Part shown: in pieces, positions 47,853-61,619 of the stretch
Numbering within the stretch: the first letter of the stretch is position 1
Layout: every line of letters starts with the position of its first letter
Source of the DNA: Schmidtea polychroa
Taxonomy: Eukaryota
Assembly: GCA_044892525.1 (NCBI GenBank)
Contig: CM097888.1
Span: 51,398,001 to 51,462,000 of the forward strand
Reading direction: 5' to 3'
Length of the DNA: 64,000 bases
Notes under the pieces: generated by a model
Seen by the model: the letters and a program-made list of their open reading frames with translations, nothing else
What the model was told of the DNA's origin: nothing
Databases searched by the model: none
Translations under genes and position numbers: made by a program

Positions 47853-50445
47853 CATACATTGCACATGATGCAATAGAGTCTATTGAATAGACAATGTTTT
47901 TTCTAAAACACATATCTTTCGGTGTCTGGCAGTTTTCNNNNNNNNNNNNNNNNNNNNNNNNNNNNNNNNNNNNNNNNNNNNNNNNNNNNNNNNNNNNNNN
48001 NNNNNNNNNNNNNNNNNNNNNNNNNNNNNNNNNNNNNNNNNNNNNNNNNNNNNNNNNNNNNNNNNNNNNNNCCTACAGAATGCTGACTAGTTCATGCATG
48101 AATTTCAGACTTGGAAAATATTATTCATTCTTTCCAGGCTAATGTAGATAAAATTCCATGTTGTAGTAGATGAAAGAGAGTTTCTTACATAATCAATTAA
48201 CAAATAACTATGTAGAATGTATGTGTGAATTGCTAAACTACATTCTGTGTGTGTCTTGATCAACGGGCCTATACTTTAAAAATCGATTAAGTAAACTATA
48301 TAGTAGATGTCTTTGTTTCAGCAGGCCCATGCTTTTAAAGTCGATTTTAAAAATCAATAAATTGGACTGACCTAATTAAAATTGAGATTGGCCTACATGC
48401 TGTTACCATGGTTTCACGACATGCCTTTTTGTGACCTACATAAAAATACTAGTTTTTTAAATATTTTTTTAAAAATGCCCATACATCAAAACAAGTGACA
48501 ACTCATTTAAACAAATAACAGTCTTACTATAATCTTACTATATCTTACCTATAAACACGACTGAACGTTTATATTTTATTTCATTAATTTATATGTTGGG
48601 TTTTAGGTAATTTAAGTCTGTAACCTCTGACTCCTCGTGTTCTTTTAATCAAAATAATAAACTACCAACGTATATTTGAATCACAAAAATATATTTCTCT
48701 CAAAAATAAATTATCAATAACCAAAGTTCAAGTTTGACCGATTCTCGGCTCGGTGTTGATGCTTTGACAAAAGATAATATTCACCTTTTTATTTCTTTAG
48801 CTTCTCCTGACCAACGTTTCCTTTTGCTATTTGATTTGATTCCTTTTCTCTTTTTCGTCTCCTATTCTATATTTTATTTTTCCCTATTCTCCTTAATTCG
48901 TCTTTACCGTTTGCCTATTCTCGTTTTCTTCTAACCCTAGCTTGGCAAAATGGCGATTATTTTGAATTTTGACTTTGCTTTTATACTAGAATAATAACTT
49001 TGATTATTCGGTTTTTGACCTGATTGCTCCTATCTGACAATGGTTTGACAACCAGCTCCTTGAACGTTGTTTGCACCATATCATGATTAATTGGCTCCCT
49101 TTGCTATTCCTTCGTAATAGTCCTAACTTTGTTTGTCTCCATTAATCATGCTGTCATGATAATGGCCTTCCGAGATTCTCATTTTGTTTACTTTTCATGT
49201 TAATCGATCTCGGGTTTCCTTCATCTTTCGGGTTCTCCATTGGCTCGGGTTTCCTATTAGCCAATTAATAAATTAATTAACAAATTTCTGTTTTAACACA
49301 TTCGAATAATTTTTGACACTTTCTAACCATTTTCTGATAAATCCCTAACCATCAACATGTTGACCATTAGCTAATCTATACCTGTACTATATATATATAT
49401 AAAATTCACTGTTAGGTGAGGTATGAAGTATAAAGGGTTAAGAATCCCTGATACACATGGATCCTGAACGAAGAAGAGGAATAAAGCTACATGAATATAA
49501 TAAAAACAATCAAATCAAGACAATGTGTACAAATGCAAATTTGAGCTAAAATCAACCCGCTATTATTGTGGAATGAATCCATTTAAACAAACAAAAAAAT
49601 CTATTGTAATTGAATTGTCATTGTTTATAAAATAAAAGTTTTTGTTAGATTAAAAACCATTTTTTGAAATTAATTTTGTTATAATTTTTTGATTTGATAC
49701 AGAATGAGAGATAAATTTATTAATTTTATTGTTTATATTAATTGAAAATATTTTCAATTATTGATATAACTTACTTGAGGTTTCTTTAATTTCAAAATTA
49801 TTGCAATTTCCATATGTTCATTGTAAACTACACCAAATTTCAATTAATTTACATTTCCACAGAAATTTAATTGTTTTATTTTCAAAAAAAAGCTTTTATT
49901 TTAAAAATTTAATTTAAGTTCTTTACGTTATTGAATTTTTAACTATCTAGCATTGGTTAATATTAAAACACAATGTTAAAACATTTCAATCTTGTGACCT
50001 ACATTTCCGATGAACTTCATACCAATTATATAATCGCTTCGTTATATCCAACTTTATATTTTCTTCAAACATTTTAAATAAACATTATTGGATAATAAAT
50101 TTGCTTTATCTATGACTAGAAAATATACAAAATTTGACTGCTAGAGCTTATCAATATTTTCAATATTTTGAAACGAAAATTTTTAAATATTTCACTATAA
50201 CAAAATATGAACTTGCTTCTCATTCAAAATAAACGGGTTATTATAAAAAACAGAAAATAAAAAGAAAACGAAAATTTAATTAATTGCAATCAGAATATTG
50301 TCGAAGTAAGAAAATAAGGTTGCGAGGACATTTGAATATAAAAATCAGTTAAATATTTTAAGAAATTTTTTTAACTTAAAAATACGTGAAAACTAATAAA
50401 TTGAAAAATGAATTTTTATAAAACTAATAACTGAAAGACTAATAA

Positions 50446-50896
50446 AAACCCGTTTATAAATGACGTCAAGCAATTTGGACCGATTTCTGACTCCTCCCCC
50501 GGATCACAGGAATGAATTCCCTGCAAATATTATTTATAATTAATGACTTATAATTAAATTATTTACGAATTGGTAATATAAATTTTAATAAATCAATTTG
50601 ATATTAGTATAATGATCAAAGTTCAGTTTATTAAAATTCAACTAAAACCGTCTGCATTAGATTTTTTTTTAGAAATAAAAGATATTTGCGCTCGAATTTT
50701 CTTCCCTATGAAATAAGTTAAAGTGAAATTTAAATAAAATTTAATTCATACTGTTGACATCTAGTGAATAAAAGATTAAATTTATTTGAATGACTAAATA
50801 ATAGGGATAAAATTGTCAAATAAAATAATTTTTTGTGATGTCACATTTCTCAAAACTACCTCCCCTAGGAGCGTGACGCCATTTATGGACGGGCCC
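50446..50896. mobile_element. PIF/Harbinger (Tourist-like) MITE
   Basis: 26-bp diverged TIRs (AAACCCGTTTATAAATGACGTCAAGC vs reverse complement GGGCCCGTCCATAAATGGCGTCACGC) with TAA on both flanks. Confidence 0.65.
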
Positions 50897-51510
50897 TAAC
50901 TAAATAACTAATAATAACAAAAAACACATATATATCGCAAATAAAAATTGCCGCCCCAAAAAGTAAGCGCCTTGGGACTATAACCCATTTAGCCCTGTGT
51001 TCTATTCGAAATATTTATTTGAACATTTTTTTGTATAATATTTTAAACGTGTAAAGAACAAACATTATTTATTACTATTATTTAATTATTTTAATTTTTT
51101 AATTATTATTTAACTTATTATTCGTTTTTAGGATTAAAAATGTATTTTTATACAAAATCCAACAAGGCAGTATTTCTAACCTAACCACTCCCCCTCAACT
51201 GTCTTATTGTACACGATATCCCATAGGCGCCTCTGTATGCAGCTACGAGGATAAAACATGAAAAAATGTCTGGTTGTGAGTCGTAATACTTCAGTACCTT
51301 ATGATCAACTTAATTTTTTTTAATATGTACATTCTTAAGATAAAATTTCTATTAAGATTTTAAATATTTTATCAGAAAATCTAAATCATTCTTCTAGTTC
51401 CATATTTTTTGTAATCCGGATAAGAATTCATTGAACATTTATCCAATAGATGAAAAATATCTTTTATAATATATTTAGATTTTTCTTGTTATAGGGTAGT
51501 CACAAATGTG

Positions 51511-52028
51511 CAGAGGGTAGTGACAGTATTCAGCGCCAGGATACCAAGTATAAATTTTGCGCCCCCTTGTCATTGAAACATTGGAGCACAGTTGTCAATA
51601 CTCAATATGACATAACATGATCACCAAAAAAAGACAATAGGAAAACAATTTGAAGAAAAAAATTTTAACTGCTACAACGACAAAAATGTTAGCAACAATT
51701 AGATTATGTCAACACCAATTCAATGCGCACATTCCAAAAATTAATCATACTAACTTGATTTCATGCCCGCAAATTAATCAATAATAGCATCAAAGTCTAT
51801 TTTTCAACTGATTCATTCTCTATATTGAGAAGTGCAAGATTACAGAGACGATCTAGTCCCATCGACGCCCTTAGATATGAGAAAATGACCTTCAGCTTGT
51901 CGTAGGAACGCTCACCACTGCCTACTGATACTTCAATTGGTAAAAGAATTTTCCTCTTTCGGCGCCCCTTAAGTCGGTACCAGGGCCAAATTGCCTCCCA
52001 CCCTACCCCACCCCTTGCTGCGCCTCTG
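51511..52028 (-). mobile_element. Internally deleted hAT element retaining a dimerisation-domain fragment
   Basis: TIRs CAGAGGGTAG / CTGCGCCTCTG, TSD CAAATGTG/CGAATGTG, peptide GSGERSYDKLKVIFSYLRASMGLDRLCNLALLNIE. Confidence 0.8.
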
Positions 52029-52621
52029 CGAATGTGTTCATCAACACCAATGTTCGTGGAACATGAGTAAATCACATAAAAACTAAGTGATGTTCGAGTG
52101 GTATACTTCAATATTTTTATTTTAATATAAAATTTCTTAAAATTCTTCAAAAAGCTGACCCAACATCTTTAAGTTTTTATGTTCGAAGTTATAACCAAAA
52201 AAACAAATCAAAGAAGCTTGGAAAACGACCGGTAATATTTACAAAATTTCCACCAATCTTAACTGAAATGTTTTTATTTTCATCAGTTTCATAAATACAG
52301 ATATTAATTGCCTTGCATTTATTTTTTATTGAAAAATGTCTTACAAATATAACAATAACATTTACACCTGTTTTTCTCACATGATTAGCTTATCTCATTT
52401 GCAAATGAATAAATATAATAATTTAACTATAACTTAATATGATAATACTTTAACTTTTTATATATACTGATAATGGATACATTTATACANNNNNNNNNNN
52501 NNNNNNNNNNNNNNNNNNNNNNNNNNNNNNNNNNNNNNNNNNNNNNNNNNNNNNNNNNNNNNNNNNNNNNNNNNNNNNNNNNNNNNNNNNNNNNNNNNNN
52601 NNNNNNNNNNNNNNNNNNNNN

Positions 52622-52777
52622 TAAATATTAAACAATTAAATGATAGTTTAAGTCTTTTCTATCGAAGTATATATTTAATAAAATGAAAGAATTTTCAACT
52701 ATAAAAATTCTTTCATTTTTATTAAATATATACTTCGCAGCAAAAGGCTTAAATTATAATTTAATTGTTAAATATTA
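52622..52777. repeat. ~155-bp palindrome (foldback) of a dispersed AT-rich repeat
   Basis: Core arms 52663-52695 and 52704-52737 are near-perfect inverted copies around an 8-nt loop. Related single copy at ~41810-41900. Confidence 0.85.
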
Positions 52778-52877
52778 TTATTATAATCATTATTATTATT
52801 ATTATTAAAAGTATTAGTATAAAGTGATGATTTCTTGGTACAGCATTAACAAAATGTTAAACAATTAAATGATAACC

Positions 52878-53224
52878 GATTAATAGATTAATAGCTCTTT
52901 CCTGGTTCGATAGGTTCTTAGTTCATGGACCGATTTGTCTATTTTATTCCGTTAGTGAACGAGACTCTAAACTGTTAAAAAATAAATTTATGTTTTAACG
53001 CAAATGCTGACTTCTTAGAAGAATAAATGGCGTTTAGCTAAATGAAATTGAGCAATAATAGGCCTGACAGTCTTAGATGACAGGAGCCGCAAGTGCGATA
53101 CAATGTCAGTAACAGCGAGTATAAGTCCTAGATAGAAATGGTAGGGTAACCTGCTAAATCACTGTCGTGCCAGGAATAGTTGATTGAAATTATTCAACTT
53201 GAACGAAAAATTCCTAGTCAATAT
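52878..53224 (+). pseudogene. Degenerate 18S rRNA fragment (3' third of SSU)
   Basis: Colinear SSU motifs ATAGCTCTTTC, GTTCTTAGTT, GAACGAGAC, CTTCTTAGA, TGAGCAATAA, CTTAGATG, CTTGAACG and AATTCCTAGT. The universal GGTGGTGCATGGCC segment is deleted and many G>A changes are present. Runs into a gap. Confidence 0.9.
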
Positions 53225-55223
53225 NNNNNNNNNNNNNNNNNNNNNNNNNNNNNNNNNNNNNNNNNNNNNNNNNNNNNNNNNNNNNNNNNNNNNNNNNNNN
53301 NNNNNNNNNNNNNNNNNNNNNNNNNNNNNNNNNNNNNNNNNNNNNNNNNNNNNNNNNNNNNNNNNNNNNNNNNNNNNNNNNNNNNNNNNNNNNNNTAATG
53401 TTTTAAAGAATTTATTTTTAATTTTGACATGTCTGTCCTTAATGTACATTTCAGCGATTCACAGATAATCGCGTGGCGCGAACAACACTTTTTCCCGAAC
53501 ACTTGTTTATTCATAAATTGCACAGAATTGATTGATCGATAAAGAAATAAAATCATTAAAATGAGTGATGAATTCCAGTGCGATTTTTAAATTAGTTATT
53601 TTTGAATTTAAATTTATTTTCTAGTATAATTAATTCTATTTACAGAATCGATTTTAAAGTGTGCATCAACATTGAATAAATCGATCTTTTTAATAATTTA
53701 ATATTTTTCTAAAATTAAGTGTTATTTTAAAATTTAATTAATTGAATTGAATTCCTTGTACGACTGAAAACATTTGATTATTAAAGAATTTAGTCTTTTG
53801 ATGGTCCTCGGAAATTGGGTTCGAAAACCTTTTCTTAACAATAATAAAATGGGGATTAACTATTGACTTCTATATTTATAATAACAATTTAATTTAAATT
53901 ATTTATTATTCACTTATAATAGTGTCGAAAAGAAAAGCACCGAAACTGTGTTTATCAGAGGTATAGCAATAGAGGCGAAAGGAAAATATGATGGATTTTC
54001 GTATGTCAATGCTTAATTAATAATAAAAATATATATGTATATATATTTAATATAATAAATTATGGCTTAGAAATTAAAGTGAAATATAATGTCGAATTTT
54101 AATTAATAACATAGTTTGATCTTTGTCTATTACAAAACAGATGAAAAAACTTTTTCCAGACAAAATTTACTTCTAACAATATTTATTTCTCGATGAAGAC
54201 AGTAAGTGATGTATTTAATGACAAAATGTCAGTTTATTTAGAAGCAAATAAATGCATTTATTGGCAATTAATTATACATCACCCCCTGAAATAACATGGT
54301 ATTTAACAATAAGAAAATATCTATCAAATGATTAGAATAAAGGGAAGAGAAACATATTTGTTATTGTTCATTTACGCCACACTGTTTAACTTAAGTGGTT
54401 ATTAAATTGTTACTGAAAATTACATCATTGCATAAGATCATTAAAGGTGTGTATTATGTAACCTTAAATATATTTATCATTTTAAATATTTTCTGAAAAT
54501 ACATATAGATATTATTAAGAATTTAATTATTATTTCACGTAGCAGGCCCATAAAGCCTCAAACCAAAAATGCTTTGCTGAAATTCTAAATTTATAATTAA
54601 AAAATTTCACAAATATTTCGTTGTAATTTTTAATTTTTTTATATTTATCATATGCAACGTTTTTAAAAATTCAATTTTTTGAGATTTAAAGTTTTCCTGT
54701 CCATATGGGACTGAAACGTTAAATTAAAAACGTTAAAAGTTTTTCAGTTCCTTCGTAATTTCCTTTCTGCTAACTATTCAATTATATTGAATGATTTTAT
54801 TTCAATAATTAAGAAAATTTACTTTAATAATGGTTTTTATTTAAATAAATTATGTTTATTAAAAAATAATTATTATATACTTGTAAAAATACCAAACTTA
54901 ATATAAAAATTGTAAATTAAATATTCAAATTTAAAGTTAATAAAATTTTCTTTCACGTTCTTTGTAATTACTTTCGAAATTTTTTAATTTTATATTAATT
55001 AATGTAAATAAGGATTTAAATGATTGTTTTAATAATTAAATTCATTTTAATAATATATCGAGGTCATGAGCATGGTTATGAATTTCAATCGTGACTTTAT
55101 CTATTGATAATATATTTATTTTGCTCTAATATTTTCATATTTTTTATTTGTTTTCTTTCTATATAGATCCTTTTTCATCATTTTCTCATTTTAGATTGAA
55201 CATCTGATAGAAATTTATTCGGA

Positions 55224-58200
55224 ATGGTATCAAAAAAGTAAGTTATTAATTTAAATTTATTTTTCAAATAAAATTGTATTTCTTCAATAAAAAGAATGTT
55301 TAGAATATTGGTATTAATTCAGTGATTTTTTTCGCAGGTTATTGAAAAATAAAGTTCCTTTTTCTAATAACAGAAAAAACAATGGAAGTATAAAGAAAAA
55401 AGCCATATTTGTTTCACAGAAAGTGATAATAAGTAGCATTTTTGACAAGTCGCTAATAGATCCTATGGTTCCAGTCAGTTTGCCTGATAATCTCTCTATT
55501 ATTTACAAAGACATGATGTCAGATGCATTACATATAAATGAGGCTCTAAAGAATAAAGATTACAGTTTCTACGGTTGTAATATGGGCTTCGTCAACAGTG
55601 AGCAAATGATCTCATCGAAACGAAAAGCGTTGGTAGAATTTATGATGAAAAAAGAAAGCACTAATCCAAAAAGAAATCATAAATTAACTAAAATCCACAA
55701 AAAAGTAAAGGAGAAATCGAAACTAAAAACAAAGGAAGAACCAATGAAAAACGTTCGGGAAATGGAGAAAACAGAAGACGAGAAAGATTCAGATTTGAGT
55801 TCGGAAAATAATTCCACAGTTCGTCCAAAGAGAAAAAGAAGCAAACCGTCGAAATATAAAGGTGAAGATTCAGCAAAAAGGAAGAAAGAAAATATTGTTA
55901 AAGAAGAAAATCAAAAAGCTGGAGAGGAAAATATCAAAATTCAATCCAATGAAGAAAAATCTAAAAAAACAAAGAAAGAAAAAGCAGAAGTTCCAGAAGT
56001 TATTGATTTGATCGAAGACAATTCAAGCGACGGAGACGAAATAACTCACAAGAAAGTCTCGATAACGAATCTTGGATCGACGATATCCAGTCAAATTGGC
56101 CACAAATCGAAGGTCTATTTCCGGGAACCGTTGACGAGGAGGCCGACAAAAATGGTGAACAAACATCTGAAAGAGCACACGCTATTAGACAAGATCTTGC
56201 TTGGTATTAATTGCGTCAGAAAGTGGACAGAAAAAGGCCTACATCTGTCTCGATTGTGTGAGACGGACTTAGCGCTATTAAACAAGCGATTAACGAGTCT
56301 GAATTGCATTCTCACCGATCTCCAAGAGCACACCGATGAAAACAACAATCGATATCTGTCTGTGTTGTTGAAATCGGATTTGTTCTCATCGTTCATTCTG
56401 TCCTGTCAGAAATCATACGAGCAAGTTGTCCACGATGACTTAGCTATATCAGCAAATGTGAGGGATTCAACCGAACAGCAGGAAACTGTTGAAAATCCCT
56501 CTTACAATCGTCCGAAATCGAAATTCCATGTGCCATCAATGTATCGACAGCGACACGGACTTCCAGGAATTTTATCCAAACCACCGGTCAAACTCAATGA
56601 CTCGATTAAGCTCAATTTCAATGAATTTTCAGCGAATTCATCTCAGAAACAGGAAGAAATCCCATTTTCATTGGGAAAATCCGAAGAGAAATCCGTCAGC
56701 GCACCGGCAATTGTGGCAAATCCAAATCCAGTCTCTATGACAACGGTCAGTATAAGTCCTGATATCATCGTTGCCAATGAGCCACAAATGACTGCTAGCA
56801 AATTGCTGAAAATCAAATCTCAGAAAGTTATCAATGAAGCAAATCAGGTTTATTTCGTTTATTAATTATAATTAATTAATTTTTAATTATTATCAATCAA
56901 TCAATATATATTTTTAAATTTATCGATTCTCATAAATAGAAAAATTATAAAAAAATTTTATTGATAAAATTAATTAAATTTTAATTGACTAATTAATTTT
57001 CATTTTATTACACAATTGAAATTTTTATTATTTTCAATATCCAATCGATTTTTGCATACGCTTTCTAGCGTTTTTCAAACTTTTGAAAATAAAATATGAG
57101 TTCTGCTACCAATATTTCTCTCAACGGTATGGACATCTCCTTCCAAAACTGATCGAGTACGAATGTCACATAAATCATAAAAAAACATCCTTTACATTAA
57201 ATTAGACAACAAAATAAATTCCTATTGTCAACAATCTGAATTTATTTATATCACAAAACACCAATAAATCCGTTATAGATAAGGTTTTGGAGGTTAAAAC
57301 ATTTTATAAAGTAACTCGAATACGCTAATCTAAGTTTACCGCCAATTATAACTTTGCACTACAATTTCACTTGTCAATGGACAGAAAGATATTTTCTTCG
57401 CTAAGAGATGAAATAAAGAGTGGACAGAATTTCCAGTCGATAATCAGTAATTTGATTTCAATTAATCGATAGAAACTCATAAAACGACAGTAAAATCATT
57501 TATCTTCTTGTTCACCTTTGATTTGTTTTTTCCTTTAGAATTTCATTTATCTTTTCCTATAAGTTTAATAATTTATTTCTTACCTCATGGTGAAGGTTTA
57601 TTATGTTTTGATTACATTAGTCATTTTCATTCATAATCTTGATCTGTCACATAAAGATTTTCCATGAGATTCAAATTGGAGTAGGAGATTTTTTATGCAT
57701 TAAAACCCGATTAATTTTATTTACAGGAAATTTAATTATAGGAAAATTATTTAAATTTACAGAGAATACTAAACAATTATTTTATTAACTCTTTAGGTTT
57801 TGGTTGGCAATACATCGCATAAAACGCGATTTAGATTCTAGAGAATTTGGTCTTTCTAGTCATGAGATGAATTTAATAATAAACTTTTCTTTAATATAAA
57901 GTGAATATTAAATAATTTATTAATGTATAAACAAAAATGTGAGCAAAAAACTGAGACAAATGTTTTTCAGATTAATATAAAAATAATTATTAGCTTTATA
58001 TCAATTACCAGTTGCAAAATAATGCTACCGCGCGACAAGCCGAGATTGGCAAATAACCCACTTGAAAATAAAGTCATACCAGTATTGGAAGCACTATCTT
58101 TTCACAGAACTATATAACTATAATCATATTTAATCATTTGAAAGCCAATGTGACAACAAATAATGGCAATTGTTTGGTTTTAATTTATAATGATTGGTGG

Positions 58201-61200
58201 TAGGCTACTGACACCTCATGCTATTTTAAATTCAAATGAATATAACATAAATAAAGATACCAGCGGATATTCAAAATTATACACACTGCCAAAATGTACA
58301 ATTGAGCTGATCTACTACGTATTTACATGCCAAATAATAATCACCTTTAATAATCCCCTCCCACTCCCTCCCTCCCCAATATATCCCAAATCTTTCTTAA
58401 TAAACCCTTTCATGAATAATTTCATATTTCTCATGACCGACCTAAGGCTAAATGCCAAATATTTGAAGCTTGAATCCTTGATATACTCGTGTAATTGCTT
58501 GATTAACAAGTTCCATATAAATTCTCACATTCTACTTCTACACCTTTTCTGATCATCATCAACAAATAATAAAAGTAATAAAGGAAATTAATGATTTTCT
58601 TTGGGTTTCGACATTTCCTAATCTTTCTCCTGTTTGTCATATATTTGTCACTTTCTGATTGGTCCACTTACTCACTTTTTCATTAAATCAATTAATTAAT
58701 GATTTTATCTTTTCCAAACATTTTCTGGTTCGTGGAACCTTCTGGAGCATTTTCTGATAAATATTTATCTCTATTATGTGACCTTTTATCACCAATTCTG
58801 TTTCTTGTTCATTTCCCCGATTTCAATTCCGCTAATCAATAATTTATTGATTCTTTATAATTTCATATTTATGTGCTTTTCACGTTTAATTGTACACTTC
58901 GCGCCCTTTTATGTAGTTGCAGTCCTATTTATCCTTGCTCTCATATCCTTGATTATATTAATAAAAAGAATTTCAATTATGACAATCCTAACACAATCTA
59001 CAAAGACCAAATGCTAAATTCCTATGAGGCATAAATGCCGCTGGTTGTCTAAGAAATAAAACTTAATTTAAAAATTATTTCAATATTAATTTTTCCAGCA
59101 ACTATAAGAAATAGCTCATTAACATTTACTGAGAGACCATTCACATATAAATTCTACTTACAATACTTGTTTATAATTTTCCCAAATGTATTTTTATTGA
59201 TCAGAATATGTGGATCTATAAATTTCCCAACTGGGCGACGGAGGGGGGGGGGTCAATTAAGGAACTGTTATGTAGGAAAGTGGAGAATATTAAATCATTG
59301 ATTATACTGCGTCACTCAAAGTGCTTGAGTAAAGGGTAGAAATGTGATAGTATCATACAATTTTGCGTAACTATGCTGGCGCATTATAAAATTAACCCCA
59401 TTAAAAGTGCGTTAAGCTATGGCATAAAACTCATTGGTGGTACATATGCATCAGGAGTTGCGGAATGAGATCACTATTACTGATCACTACAGATCACTAC
59501 AACTGACGCTTCTATATTCCCTAAAAAGGGTGCACCATATAAAATGAGGTCATAAAAACTTGCTCTAAGCAGGGCCGTAACAAGGCATTATTGCACCCTA
59601 TAATAATTATTATAATATTCATGTTGAGATTATTAACTATGTATTCATCTCAAGCTATTATAATAGGTAGTAATGCTCTTAAATTCTGTTGCTAATTGAA
59701 AAAATGACAGAGCCCATTTTGTGGACTAACATTTTTCAAAATACACACCTACGAAGGCACGCTAATGGACTTGTCCAATCAGCAATGTTAAAGATAGGCT
59801 AGTTTTAATGCAAGCCATTTGATAATTTCTTTTATTTATATTTTGTTATTTTTTGGTAACATTAAAAAATGTTACATTCCAATTTTGCGCCCTGTGCGAC
59901 TGCACCGCTCGCACCACCCTTGTTACGGCCCTGGCTCTAAGTTCAATGTGAAATAAGTCGATAATAAACATCAGTAGGTCTGCTCACCGAGTTCATTTAT
60001 TTGTCTCAAACCGTTACAAATTACGGGTATCAATAAATTATAATATATAATTCAAATGTCGTGGTGCCGAATAGTGGGGGGGGGGAGTGAACACAGCTAT
60101 CCACCAGTATCTGTTAATCAATGATATGTATAAATTACAACTGAGGAAAGGGTTCAGTCAAACTATGATATTTCACCCCGTTCCGCTCATGTCTCGATTA
60201 CTATTACTGAATATAAAATAAATACATTTAGTCTCAAAAAAGTCCCCCTGTGATAGAATGAGTGCCGATGAATGTGACAACACAGGATCGGCTTATCAGA
60301 TTTTCAAGGTTATCAGCGAGTTCATGTTGATGAGAAGCTTCGGTTATCACAGCTGTACAATTCGGTAAATTCAGTAAACAGTGCAGTGATGCGGTATGCA
60401 ATAGAATTTGTGTTTGTCCTGACTGTGTGAGTGTGTGTATATGTGTGCGTGCGCGCATCCTTACATTGTCAATGTGTATGTGTGTGCACATTTATGAACT
60501 GCACGGTTGTCTCTCTCAATCGTGCATTACATCATTTTTACGATTCATTTCTAAAATTTGTTGCTATTATCTATTTCTTTCTCTTCTACTAAATAATTTA
60601 TCAGCGACTGAATTAAGAATTTGGCATATAATTAATGTTATTGAAAAATGTAAAATAAATATTTATGAAATTATTATTACAGTATGTTTAAATCAATTTT
60701 CTAAATAACTTTATTGATTTATATTGATAAGTTATTATTAGATTATTGAACAAATATATTAATTTAATTAATATTAATTAAATTATGTCATTATTTTTTG
60801 ATTGATTTCCATTTAGAATCGTGCGGTATCTAATGCCACCGATATATCATCACTCATTAAGCCTTGCTCAACACCATCACCTCGACTCGCTGTCATGTCC
60901 AATAATGTCATACCCGATAAAAATCAGACTTTTTATTATCAAACCACAAACCTTGCACAAAATGTTCCCTTTCCAATGTATTTGTTATCGAACGGCACTC
61001 TGCTGTCTGCTAGTCCTAATTCAACAATCCACAGACAGACTCGTATGTCAATGCCCAAAACCATCCATACAATCACGAGAATACCGTTGCAAAATAATAC
61101 ACAAAATAGTGCCTTGAATTTCTACCAATCAAAGGTATCTCAAATGACAAAAACTGCAAACAATATAACATCGAAGTCGGTGGTATTGAAGAACTTGTTG

Positions 61201-61335
61201 CAACAATCCAATAGCGGCCAAATCATTTCTCCTCATCCGGTATCAACTAATCAAATGGTGCCGTTGTCAGTATTCCAAAATTCTCAAAACAAACGTCCAT
61301 TCGTTCCGGTCAATCAACATTTGTTTCACAAATGA
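55224..61335 (+). CDS. Three-exon orphan gene, ~680 aa (exons 55224-55237, 55338-56847, 60817-61335); Lys-rich, low-complexity, probably nuclear
   Basis: AA|GTAAGT..TTCGCAG|G phase-2 join and CAG|GTTTAT..ATTTAG|AAT phase-0 join keep the frame. In-frame stop upstream of the ATG. No recognisable domain. Confidence 0.7.
59570..59933. mobile_element. hAT-type MITE, 364 bp
   Basis: Perfect 16-bp TIR CAGGGCCGTAACAAGG and perfect 8-bp TSD GCTCTAAG (59562-59569, 59934-59941). Confidence 0.95.
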
Positions 61336-61619
61336 TTGATTTTGTTATAAAATCGATTTAATTGTTTTTGTAAATATCTGATTTGATGAAATATATTTTA
61401 ATTTATTTTTGTTTGTTATCGTCTGACTCGCTATTGAATATCTCGCTCGATGAATTTCATTGGCTAATTCGATTGATTATCCGTTTCATTAGTAAATTGT
61501 GTTGGAATTTTCTGCCATTATTTGCGTTGATAAATCGATCAGAGATTTATGTCATTTTCATGGAATTATTATTCAACACAACAAATTCAACATTGCGTCA
61601 TATGTGAGTCAATCGGTGT

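Noticed and set aside
48730-49260. Purine-rich degenerate reading frames (also ~17300-17780 and ~63000-64000)
   Set aside because: Probably old retroelement debris; too many stops and no diagnostic motif to name a family.
53440-54005. Possible small spliced gene between the rDNA fragment and the 55-kb gene
   Set aside because: Plausible AG/GT sites exist but no consistent frame or recognisable product could be assembled.
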